DNA of 64,000 nt, from the NCBI GenBank assembly GCA_028534125.1, contig CM052816.1:13394001-13458000 (forward strand). The letters run 5' to 3'. The position numbers and the translations under genes were made by a program. Below the pieces are notes generated by a model. It ran no database searches and had not been told where the DNA came from. It saw only the letters and a program-made list of their open reading frames with translations. The stretch comes from Lama glama. Taxonomy: Eukaryota. Within the stretch, counting starts at the first letter, position 1. Each line of letters starts with the position of its first letter. This document shows, in pieces, positions 1 through 11,035 of this stretch.

Positions 1-1144
1 CGGCCCTGAGCCTTGACTAACAAGCACTGACAACCCACAGGAGAGGGAGGAGGGAGGCCGCTTCCATAGGGGACGTTATATAGGAGTTCACGGGCCCACT
101 AATGAGGTCTAATTGGGTTTTTACTTTTAAAAGCTCTGCCCAGGGAAGGAAGTCTGAAGCTTCATGTCTGGGAAGGGGATTTGGGGGAAGGATCCATTGC
201 ACCTGACTCAAGGGTGCATGCCCCCACCTCTTGGCTGCCAACTGCGACAGCGCTTAGGGGATCTTGTCCTCTCCTTGGCTAGCTCCCCACCAGGACTGCC
301 ACCCGTGCTGCCATCCATGCCCACCCTGGCACACAGTCAGCTCAGTAACAGCCAATTCCAAGCCCTGCTCCGCCTTGCCTATTTCAAAATGGCAGCTTCC
401 TAAAGGGCTGTGGAATGGCATCGTCCAAACGGTGCCATATGATGATGGCCAGAGTGATCGGTACTGAGTAACTGTGACCCCAAACACATGGGGTGGGCAG
501 ACTCTACTGCTACTGTCCTCTGCCAATCCGGAAGTACTTCGGGGGATGGAAGGGAGAGGAAAGGTGGAGACACTGGACAGGCAACAGGGCCCCCAGGCTT
601 AGAGACCCAAGAAAATGAATACTGTCAAAGCGGTGAGTACATTTTAGTTTTTTAGCCAAAAGATTCCACTGTCCTGAGTGGCCCAACCCATTCGGCCCAA
701 GGGTCAGTGTTTTGAAGATGTTACTTCCTTTTGATCAAAACGAAGGAGCCACATTCTCCTAATGCCAAAGTATCTTTCAGGACTGAGTGAGGCATTCTGA
801 AAGCTGACTCTCTGGTCACTGTAGCTGGCTTTGGTTCAGGTCCTCATGGGGCAATCAATAATCTAACCACAGCAATCCAAGCCATATCTGGTCTCCTATG
901 AACGTTTCCCAAAGTGTCCCAGATACATCTAAGAAATAATTAGGGAATAACTTGACTATCAGGAAAGTATCATCAGAATTTTTACCTTACTCCCAGGGTG
1001 AGGATAAAAGGATATGGTAAAAAGCTATCTCTTCCACCTTCAAAGGTGAAGCCAGACAGAAAACCTAGAGGAGGAAGCCAGGCTCTGGGGCTGCCAAACA
1101 TGGAAACTTAAATTTCGGGCCACCCATGTGGTTGGAGGAAGGAG

Positions 1145-1245
1145 TGCTGGCTGAGGACAAGAAGTCCTGAGTTCTGGCCTGGCTCTCACCAGTCAAGTGA
1201 CTGTGTACAAGTCACTTCTCAGTGCCTTAGTCATCCTTCTCTGTA
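1145..1245 (+). mobile_element. MIR SINE fragment
   Basis: gtcctgagttctggcctggctctc...gtgactgtgtacaagtcacttctcagtgccttagt...ctgtaa resembles the MIR core. Confidence 0.55.
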
Positions 1246-1357
1246 ATAGGTTTCAGGCCTTTTCTTCTCCCACATATAAAATTGTATATACAATCATATA
1301 TATAATATATATAAACTTTTTTTTCTCCTCCAGGCACTTTCATATCTATCCTTTCAT

Positions 1358-1392
1358 TCTCTCTCTCTCTCTCTATATATATATGAATATAT
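1358..1392. repeat. (CT)n(AT)n microsatellite
   Basis: tctctctctctctctctatatatatatgaatatat seen directly. Confidence 0.85.
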
Positions 1393-2365
1393 AAATAGCA
1401 TGGGGTTTCTTTTTTTTTAAAAGTGAGACTTGTCTTTACAAGTTATTTGAGCCTCTCTGCTGGGCCCATCCCTTAGGAAAAAACCAGCTATGAGAAAAAG
1501 ATGGACGAGAAAACTCTGCCAAGGCTGCAGAGCCTCATGATGCTCATAACTGCGCTCTCCACCCTGGTTGTCTGGGAGCAGAGACACACGGGCTCGCAGC
1601 CTACACAGCAGAGGGCTCCTGTTCTTTTCCTGGAGTGAAACAGCATCTTTTCTCCAAAGAACTCAAATGCAAACAATGCAGTCTGGACGCCCTCAAAGCA
1701 GGGAAGACCTGCAGCACGGCCCTTGGGGAGCGCAGCTAGGTCAGCCCTGCGAGAGAGGTGTCGCCTGTCCCCAAGAAGAGCTGAGGGTTCATGACGGGGG
1801 GAGACGGAAGCAGGCTGGGAGCACGGAAGGTTCCTGGGACTACACGGAAGGTAAGGAGGCAGCCAGGAACAATTTAAAGAGAAACTGCTGCCCATCTAGG
1901 GCCTTTTTTCTGTGTCATATTCGTCTGTCTTCCACCTTGTCTGGAGCTCAGCAGCTAGGTGTCAGAACTCACGGCTGACAGCCCAGCCCCACAAATCAAC
2001 ACGGCCTGATGCTACCTGACAAATGTGAGGGAAGAAGAAAGAGGCTGGTACATGTCTCAGCACTGTCCCTCGGGTGTTGTCTTATGCTACAGTGCAGAGA
2101 GCCCCAGGATTCAGAGAGCAAACCAAACGGGAGTCCACTCAAGAGGCACTCTTTCCCCCCAGTTCAGGCGTCACGGACTAACTCAGCAGCCGGAGGAAGG
2201 GTTCTAGAAGGGCATGGGAAATGCCATGCCTGCTCATGCTAGTGGTCCCTCCCAGCTTTGGTCTCTGAGGCTGGACTCCCGGGGGGGGCAGAGGCTGGCC
2301 ACCCCCATCTTCCCTGACCAGCCTTGGATAAACGGGAACGGATCGGTCAGCATCCGTGATTTTAC

Positions 2366-2641
2366 CTGGAGTCTTCGCGAACCGCTTCTTCTGGCCTGTC
2401 AAAAAGCAAGTGCAGGTTTGGATGGCAGGGAACAGAGTTGACGAGGAGGCTGAACACTGCATGAAGAGAGGACCAAGCCAATGAGAGGACAACAGCAGCA
2501 ACAGAAAAGCACACAAACCCTGCAACAGACCTGATGGGGGAGGAGTCGCTGGACGTGGATGAGGTGGGCATAGGGCTGGATGGCGCCGAGAACAGGGGCC
2601 AAGATGGCGAGAGGGGTGAAGTTGGGCTTGGATTCGGGGGG
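2366..2641 (-). CDS. ARHGAP26: ARHGAP26 Pro/Ser-rich coding exon, long form (276 nt) including the 55-aa hydrophobic extension (GRAF1a-type)
   Basis: Acceptor tgtcttgcag|C at 2641 and donor TCCAG|gtaaaa at 2366/2365. Encodes (L)PPNPSPTSPLSPSWPLFSAPSSPMPTSSTSSDSSPIRSVAGFVCFSVAAVVLSLAWSSLHAVFSLLVNSVPCHPNLHLLFDRPEEAVREDS(S), closely matching the recalled human GRAF1 sequence just before the SH3 domain. Phase 2 at both ends. Confidence 0.95.
2531..2641 (-). CDS. ARHGAP26: ARHGAP26 same exon, short form (111 nt) using the internal donor
   Basis: Internal donor ATCAG|gtctgt at 2531/2530 is phase 2 and lies exactly 165 nt (55 codons) from the distal donor. This matches the recalled 55-aa difference between the long and short human isoforms. 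Confidence 0.85.
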
Positions 2642-4044
2642 CTGCAAGACATAACCACCAGAAAACTCGTCAGCACACACAGAGACCACAACGGGAGCAT
2701 GGGAGGTTCACGGGAGGCCACATGACAGGGAGCTGGAGAGACTGGAGCAGCCTCGAACCCCAGGACGTGTCCTCCGTGCCAAGGTCACATTTCTCCACAC
2801 CAAACCTCCATGTCTTCCACGTAACGCCTGTTCTGGAATTCCTCGGGGCGTTAACATGTCTCTCTGCTCCGCAGAACACCTGCTTTCTAGGTGACAGGAG
2901 CTTCTTCAGTCGTGCCCCTTGTGCCTCTGGCCATCGATGAAAATCGCCCTGAACCCATGTCCACGGGTTCCCAGACCCACACGCTATCACCAGCCTCCGC
3001 TATAGCTTATAACCAGCCTTCAGCTTTCCCCGCGGTGGGAGTGTTTCTAAAGCTGTGTCTCAGCAAAAGTGACCATTTTTCTGGGCCACACAGGCCCTTC
3101 CACCAGAAGACAATTTCCTGTTTACGTTTTTAAGGAAATGGGCTGCGTGCCATTGGAAACTCAGAGAAGGACCACAGGAGAAAAATGACAGCCGAGGAGG
3201 AGGGAGGCCGGGTCTGGACACTCGCCTCCCGGGAGAGGGCATGCAGTCACGGGCAGCGTGCAGTCGTCCCGCTGAGGTTTGCTTTCCAGGTGGACTCTTT
3301 CTCTTTTCATGGATCTTGGACATTCTGATGCTCAAAGAGAAAGCCCCAGAGGGAAGGCAAAGAAAAAAAAAAGGGAACTGAAAACTCACATCTGTCATTT
3401 TGTTCTTTGATGGGTGGCTGATCAAAAGTTTGGAGAGGCAAAGTTGAAATTACTCACTAAAATACGGTTGATGGATTTTAACTGGTCACGCTAGCCCTTT
3501 GACTCATTTCCACAAATTACACAAACAAACAAACATCTTAGTAACTCTGTAAAATCGCATTAAGTCACCGATAGTGCAAACACCAATGACTGGAAAAAAA
3601 AAAAACGTGGAAATCACCCAGCCACAACGCCACCTGTGGCCCCTGAGCCCCAGCCGACTGCTGGATTATTTGGCCCAAGTTCTTTACGGAGGTAAAAAAA
3701 AAAAAATGCCAGCAATCCAATTCCAGGGGAACAGACTTTCTTAGCATACTGGGATTTAGTGAGAACACATAAATGTCCTTCTTACTGGGACATCTTCAGT
3801 CCAGATGAGAGCCCAATAATGGCCTTAATTATCTACGGCTGTAACATAAATGCCTATGAAATCTACAGCAAAAACTCATTGTGGGAGTCCAACAGATCGC
3901 CTCAGACTAATTGAATGAAACGTTTATTAAAGGCCACTATGTGTATTATGCTTCTGGAAAACAAATTCCACGAGCAGAATCTGTATTCGTTTTGTTTACT
4001 GGTGTATCTTTTAATGTTTAAAACAGCACCTTGTAGGGACTTAA

Positions 4045-4240
4045 TAATTATTGAGTAAATTAATGAATCTCCTTTAACCCACCCCGCTCGCCCAGAGGCA
4101 CCATTATAATTCCCATTTCACAGATGTGGGAACTTGGGCCAATGTGAAGCTTGCCTGAAGATACCAGCCTGTAAGTGATGGGGCCAAGGTTCAGACCCCA
4201 ATCCCCTGGCTCCAAGCCCAGGGCTCCTGCCGTCACAGTG
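4045..4240 (-). mobile_element. MIR SINE
   Basis: cattataattcccatttcacagatgtgggaact...aagcttgcctgaagat...gtaagtgatggggccaaggttcagaccc is the reverse complement of the MIR core. Confidence 0.7.
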
Positions 4241-6939
4241 AACTGCCTCTGGGGTAGCAGAGCTTGCTCTGATCCTCTGGCTGAGCCAAGCTTCTTTACA
4301 GACCCAGCCATCGCACTAGAAACCTTCTTAACCACTGATTTATGAGTTTCCTTTCTATGCCTACCACATTTGCAAGGAAAAATGGGAATGTAGCGACAGA
4401 CAGACTCAGTAAGACTCAACACATTGTAAATTCCATCAAAATCCCCAATCCCGCCTGCAGTCTTCTGTCTGGTAGATGCATACAGCAGATGGAATTCATA
4501 TAATAGAAGAGACTGAATTAAAAGAGTATGGCTTTTCCCCCCCTCTCTTTCTCAATCAATCCAGCAAAGACTGGTTACTGAACACATAGTGTATGATCAA
4601 GACCGTTAAGTAGAATCCAACTTAGCATTTGCCGAAGTCCCTAACTTGAAGGGCTTACGGTGTATTTGACAAGATGGGACATATTAAAAGACAACCGTAA
4701 GACAAGATTCACCAGCTAAGGGATAAGTTACTCTCGGCTTCACTTAGTATCTGCCCCCACGTGATTCTGCCTTGAGCCCTGGAGCACAGGGCTGCCTCAT
4801 TTCTATCGGGCAGTCAGCCCTGCAGTTCCTTCCATAGCTGCAGCCGGTAAGAAAGGCTCGCTTTCTCAGTCCTGACTCACCACTGTCCCCCAGCCCCCGC
4901 TAGACAGTGACCCGGGGGCAAGGCCTGGCCATGACTTCCCAACTGCAGCCCAGCCCAGGAACTGGAGTTCGGTCCAGGGACAATCTGGAGGTTTACAAGA
5001 GCAGCCCCGGCCCAGAGGCCTGAACTAATCTGTCCCTTTGGTCAGTGGCCAGCACAGGACAATGAAAGAGTCCTTAAGACTTTTTCTTTTTTCTTTTGAG
5101 TTTTCCTTTTTTCCTTTTTAGTGGGTTTTATGAGTAGCGGACACCTCCAGTTTCCTATCTCAACTGTACCAAGAATTATACTTTTCCCTAAAGGCAGAGG
5201 TGGGAACATATTCTGTGAGTACCATGTGGGTTCTGAATGTTTTTTTTTCACATCCCTGGATATCTAAGTGGTTCTTGGCTGCTCAGTACCAATGGCTGAA
5301 ATTATCTGGGGGTGCAGCTGGAACGCCGGATACTCCTAACGGTTATGAGAACTTGCTCGTGAATCTCCATGTCAGTTGCCACAGTACTAACTGAATTTTT
5401 AACAACTAATAGAATTTCATTTGTTCGCTTGTGTTTTAGTGAGAGCAATAACATTTATTTGCTATAAAATGACCACAGTCTAAAATTTATGATCCCTATG
5501 TTTAAGTGTAACAGTAAAATGCATACACAGTATTTCTATGATTTTTTTAAACTACTGATTGGAATTACGCTCTTTATCTATTAGTGCTTCAGAGCTACAT
5601 CAATAAAATTCAACATCAGCAATACTGCTGAATACTGTCATATACGACAATGACTGATGCTGTAGCAACAGAATGACTTTAAGCATATAAATGTTCCTCC
5701 AAGGAAACAGAGAGTACATTGTATTTCAGTTTTGATGTAACTCAGAGAACACATAGATTGAAAATAAGATGCACAATGATGACGATAATGGCCCCAGACT
5801 CTGACCACAAAGTGTCTGGCTATAGGTTACTAAGAAAATGACACCCCTAAAAAATCCCAAACCAAACCAAACAAAACGACCGGCTTTGGCACTGGCGCTG
5901 AAACCTCCCATATTGAACTCTCAAACTCTCTTCCCATCCATGATGCCAAAGATAACAGACGACTGATGTTAGGATGCGAGAAAATAATTTCATGACAATC
6001 TGAACAGATGACCCTGTGAAGGCCTCTCTACAACCTCACTGTCTAGCTGGGACTATCTGGGCTGAACGCCCCAGCATGGTTTTCACCCTAAATATTCCAG
6101 GGTCCCGCCAGGCCCCCACTCAAGGCCCAACTGTAGCGACAACCACTTAAACTTCAAGGAGCATTTGCTGGTCTAGTTTGGATTCAAGTGGAACGCTTGC
6201 CATTGGCTTGATTTTGCAGGTCCACGGTGTTCTCAAAAGGAGTCACACCGTGCCAGCCAGTCCCTTTGACATTCACTGGACAGTGGAGAAATAATGGTTT
6301 AGGAAGGCTCAGAGGCCTGGCAGCATGCTGGCATGCGGCTGACAGTTCAAGTTCAGGGTGTGGCAATATCATCAGCTTGACACCCCCTGCGGTGACTCAC
6401 TTGATGGATGTGGCATCTGGTGTACCAGTCAGGGCCTGCCTGCGGGGCTGTGGACAGGGCAGCCCAGCAGGCCCCTCTACCTGATCACGGATGTGGCAGA
6501 CCCCCTCGGGGCTCCACACCACGGGGGTTAAAACCTGCACCAGTATAAAGCAAGCAGTCAGCTGACCATTCGTAAGAAAGCTCATCTTCTTTAATTCTGA
6601 TGTGCAAAATCACAGATGGCCTTGTAGAAAACTGGAAAATATCCAAACAAAAGAAAGCAATAAAATCATATATAATTTATGCCACTGATCATCACTGTTA
6701 ACATCTTGGCATAGTCCCTCACTTTTCTGGGGGATAATAGTACATACAGAGTTAGCAGTTAGTAACCTTTCTTTAAAAAAATTTTTTCTTTTGCTTAAGC
6801 ATTTTCTGATGTCATCAAACAGGCTTTGATAGATTGCAAAAAAATCATTAAACACTTTTCCCACTAATGAGGCCAAAAAATAACAAATGACTGATGTTAG
6901 GACAGAAAAAAAATTTTTTTTTTTAAATACAATCTTAGC

Positions 6940-7320
6940 AGATAACCCCAGGAACATCTTTCTACAACTCTCAGAGTATCCTCAGAGCTACAGGGTATAC
7001 AGTGGTACGCTACACCCCGATTTATGTAATCTTTTCTTATTGTGTACATTCAGGTTATTATCTTCCTTCAGCTATAATAAAGAGTGCTGAAATCACATTC
7101 TTGTGGAGGATTACTGCCTGTGTCTCCAATTGTTTCCTTAGCACAAATTCCTGGAAGTTAAGTTAGTGGGTCAAAGGCTAGGAGTTTCTTTGAAAGGGCT
7201 TGATCCGTCCTAGCAAACAGCTTTGCAGAAAGGGTCTACTGAGTGCCATTCCCACCAACAGTGTACGGGGGGTTGCTCCTTCCCTCCACCACGGCCCCAC
7301 CAGTATCATCAGTTTAAAAA
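6940..7320 (-). mobile_element. Old L1 (L1M-type) fragment, ORF2 3' region
   Basis: tttccttagcacaaattcctggaagt...gggtcaaagg...ccattcccaccaacagtgtac is typical antisense L1M sequence. Confidence 0.65.
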
Positions 7321-9653
7321 ATTAAACCAAAGGACTTTTTCTTCTCTTCTTCAGTCCACAAGGGTTATCTTGGACTCTTCTCTTTCCCAGCATTTCCAAT
7401 TGTAAAAATGAATGCAATTGCCTTCCTGTGTTGTTTCCATCTGGAAGCAACGTTTAATTTTCCAAAGGGGAGTCTGCCAAGAAGGCAGTGTGGGGAAGGA
7501 GACAGGCAGATGGACAGACAGACAATTGCAACCTGGGGACGCTGGACCCCTGGCCCTGTGGCATGGCTGACCCAAGAGAAATGGGAAGTGATGAGGGGAT
7601 GGTTGGCTTCATCTACAACTCTCAAAGATCGGATGAAGAAGGAGCGATAAGGTACGCAGGGGAGCCAGAGCCTGTCGCCAGCAGCAGGCTGTGGAGGAGT
7701 CACAGACCTGGCATGGGCACCTCTCTGCCAGGCAGCGTGGTCTGCGATTTACAGGCCAGGTTCCCAGTCACAGACCCAGGCCCGACCCGAGTGCCACTCA
7801 GCCCCCTTCCCCGTTAGGCCTGGAATGGGGAGAGAGCTATTAAATTCAAGGGGGGCTGCCTGCATTTTTTTTTTCTTTCTCTTATAATGAGAGAAAAGAG
7901 AAAATTCCATGGAAACCTATAAAGTCCCATCTAATCTAATCCCACATTAGTGAGTTCTCCTTCCTTGGAAAACATCCCTTTCTTAAAGTGCCAGAAAAAC
8001 AGAAGAGAAACCAAATTGCAGTCGGGAAAACAGGGTTGAAAGGAACACTGCTAAATGGGAGAGTGGGGAATCAGAGTAAATGACACAAAATCCGATTTCT
8101 ATTTGCTGTAAGTGTGAACATAAATATTCTTTACTTGTGGCTGCTGAAGCTTTTACAACACAGAAATCCTATCTACGTCCTGATCTCCTAAATCTTCACA
8201 GGCGGCAGAGTCCACGTGCCCCCAAGGTGCACTGTTCTCACTTATTCTTTCCTGACTCTTACAAGCGTGCACAATATTTGCAGATTCTTTCCCCTCATCT
8301 GATATAATTTAATACACATTTGTATTCAGACAATAACAGAGTCCTGATTCTTGCTTTAATGAGACTAGCTGGTGAAATCCCCTTAAGGCCTTAGCAGTTA
8401 CACATAATTGCTTTTTAAAATAGTTTTTAAATAATTCACTTTTAAAATAGCTCGACTAATCTACAGGGCAGTGGTTCTGTTTTCCAGCTTTAAAAAAAAG
8501 TTTTAAAGTTTAAGTTTCAAAGAAGTGTCAGACTCGGACGGAGCATGCTGGGAAAGGCGTAGAATTCCATGATTTAAATAAAATCTAAAATCTTAGAATT
8601 GGGCATCTCTTATCCCTAAGGTTCTCCCAAGCCAATAATTTGAACCCCCTCATGTAGAATAATACAGAAATACAAGGTAGAGGGGAAAACTCTGGACAGG
8701 AAATAAAGATGCCTGGACAACGGTCTCAACTGCTCACTGCAGGGAAAACAATGGAGGGGAAGGCCCACCAGGGTAAAAGGAACAGACGCCCCTGGTGTGC
8801 TCTGCACTGCACGATACTTACCATGCGTAATATTCCTTCCTGTTAAGCCTGAGTGCAGCTCCTCAATCTTTTTCAAAATCGCCTTTCATCTTCACCAGAA
8901 ACGGCCCTTAAAATAAAATGTATTTACTCTCTTCCAACTGAAAAGCCTCACAATTCATGAAGTTATTTGTAAGGAAATGCGGAAGCATTTTGGGAGCACG
9001 ACAGAGTCTATTGGGTAACATTTGTTATTTCAAAAGATTTGAATGGTTGCTGAGAAAGCCCAGCATCTCCTTCCTATCTTACACTGACTGCACTACAATT
9101 GTCACTCTGTATGTAATGAAGATGTTGCAAAAACAAATGCATTCACTATAACTGAGAAAGGGAAGCAGTAGTGCTGCCAGACCCAATCTTCCACTGTCCT
9201 GAGGCATAACGTAGAGTCGCCATTCTGATGCTTGGGATGTTTAATTTATTCTTAAAATTAGCAAGTGAGAAACTGTAACTGCCTTAGCGGATTAAGAACG
9301 GGGACCGGGTGCATAGGCACGGAATGGACATTCACTTTTAAATTTTACAGTGGTTTACATACTGTTTGAAGTCTTAAATCATGAACCTGTATTATTTTAT
9401 AATAGTGGGAAGCACTCTTCCATAAATGGTGCCAGGATAATTGCATGTCTATACGGAAAAAGCGACATGACCCCTTCCTCATATCATACCTAACAAATGA
9501 GTTATAGTTATAGGTCTAAATGCCAAAAGCAAACAATAAAGGAGGGAGTAACTCTGGGAACTTGGGGTTGGGACTTAGCCAACAGGGCATCATAAAAAGT
9601 TCTAACCATAAAGGAAAATACTGACATCCTTGACTACATTAAAATAAAGAACT

Positions 9654-9800
9654 CAAAAAATATATCTGATTGATTGATTGATTGATTTGGAGGGGGTTAG
9701 GTCTATTTATTTACTTACTTATTTTAATGGAGGTACTGGGGATTGAACCCAGGACCTCATGCTAAGCATGTGCTCTACCACTGAGCTATACCCACTCCCC
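9654..9800 (-). mobile_element. Camelid tRNA-derived SINE (Vic-1-like) with target-site duplication
   Basis: Reverse complement reads ggggagtgggtatagctcagtggtagagcacatgcttagcatgaggtcctgggttcaatccccagtacctcc (A and B boxes). Flanked by taaaataaagaact (9640-9653) and taaaatgaagaact (9801-9814). The tail contains (TGAT)n. Confidence 0.9.
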
Positions 9801-10510
9801 TAAAATGAAGAACTTTCATATATCAAAAGGTACCCTTAAAGGAGAGTAAAAAAAGGCAGCCTACAACATATATATAAACAAAGGGCACACACCAGATCAC
9901 ACAAAGAACTCCTATCGATCAGTAAGAAGGTGGCAGACAACCAAGTGGCAAATGGACAAGAAACTTGGGCAGGGACTTTAGAAGCGAAAATGCAGAAGGA
10001 AAGGTAATGTGGGAAATGAAGATGAAAACCACAGAGACGATCCTGCTCACCTACCGGAACGACTGGATAGCTAACATCAAAATGCTGAGAATACCAAGCG
10101 TTTACAGGACGCGGAACACCTGGAACTCCTAGACTTGCTGGAGGAGGGGTGCAAGCGGCACACCCACTTTGGCCAGCAGGTTGGCATTATCTAGTGCAGG
10201 TGAAGGGGTCATTCTCCCTGACCCAGCAGTTCATTCCCAGACACATACCCCAGAGCATGGTGCACACACGTGCACCGGAAGACATCGATGAGAACGTGTA
10301 GAGCAAAACGTACTTGTAAAAACAAAAACTGGAAACAAGCTAGAAGTTGAGCAAAAGTAGAACACAGAAATGATTTTAGTTTATTAATACATCCGTGCAC
10401 TCTACTACAAGGAGATGAACGACAGCAACATGGATGGCTCTTAAGACCACTGAGCAAAAGAACCCAGACTCAAAGCAATAAAACGGAATCCGGCATTTTA
10501 GGGAAGCACA

Positions 10511-11035
10511 AAGTCAATCCTTATTATTTGCAGCTCTGTACTCATGAATTCATCTGTTTGCTAAAATTTATTTGTAAGCCCAGAATCAGCACTCACGGTG
10601 CTTTCATAGTCATTTGTGGACAGGCCCAGAGCAATGAGAAACCTTGGTCACCGGCGTCACCCAACATGCACATTCCTAGCTGAGGCCGAGCAAAGGGATG
10701 CTCTGCCTGGCTGTCCCAGCTCCCTTAGTGTCCCTGTGTGTCAGAAGGCTGTGATACGCCTTCCAAAGAAAATGTGTTTACTAAGCTTCTTTCAGGCATG
10801 ACTTACGGTGCTGCTGGTCACGAGTTCAAAATTAATGAACCAACAGTAATATTACATAAGGTGTCTTTACATGTAAAACAAGGCTATGTATTGATCAGTT
10901 GACAAAAATGTTGTAACCAGAGGCCCGTAGGAACCTAACCCCGCGCTTCCCGTAGGAGCAAAGGTTTGATATTCACTAATTCAGTGTTTGTGGTGACTTC
11001 ATGGAATGTAACTATGGCAAATAACAAGAACCTGT
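10511..11035. mobile_element. MER82-like TcMar-Tigger non-autonomous DNA transposon
   Basis: tgctaaaatttatttgtaagccc...cacattcctagctgagg...agaaggctgtgat...aaaatgttgtaaccagaggc...ggaacctaaccc...aataacaagaacctg follows the recalled MER82 consensus, with an internal deletion. Confidence 0.8.

Noticed and set aside
9730..9800. tRNA-like A/B boxes (also at 45985 and 48280-48355)
   Set aside because: These are SINE heads with tails and TSDs, not tRNA genes.
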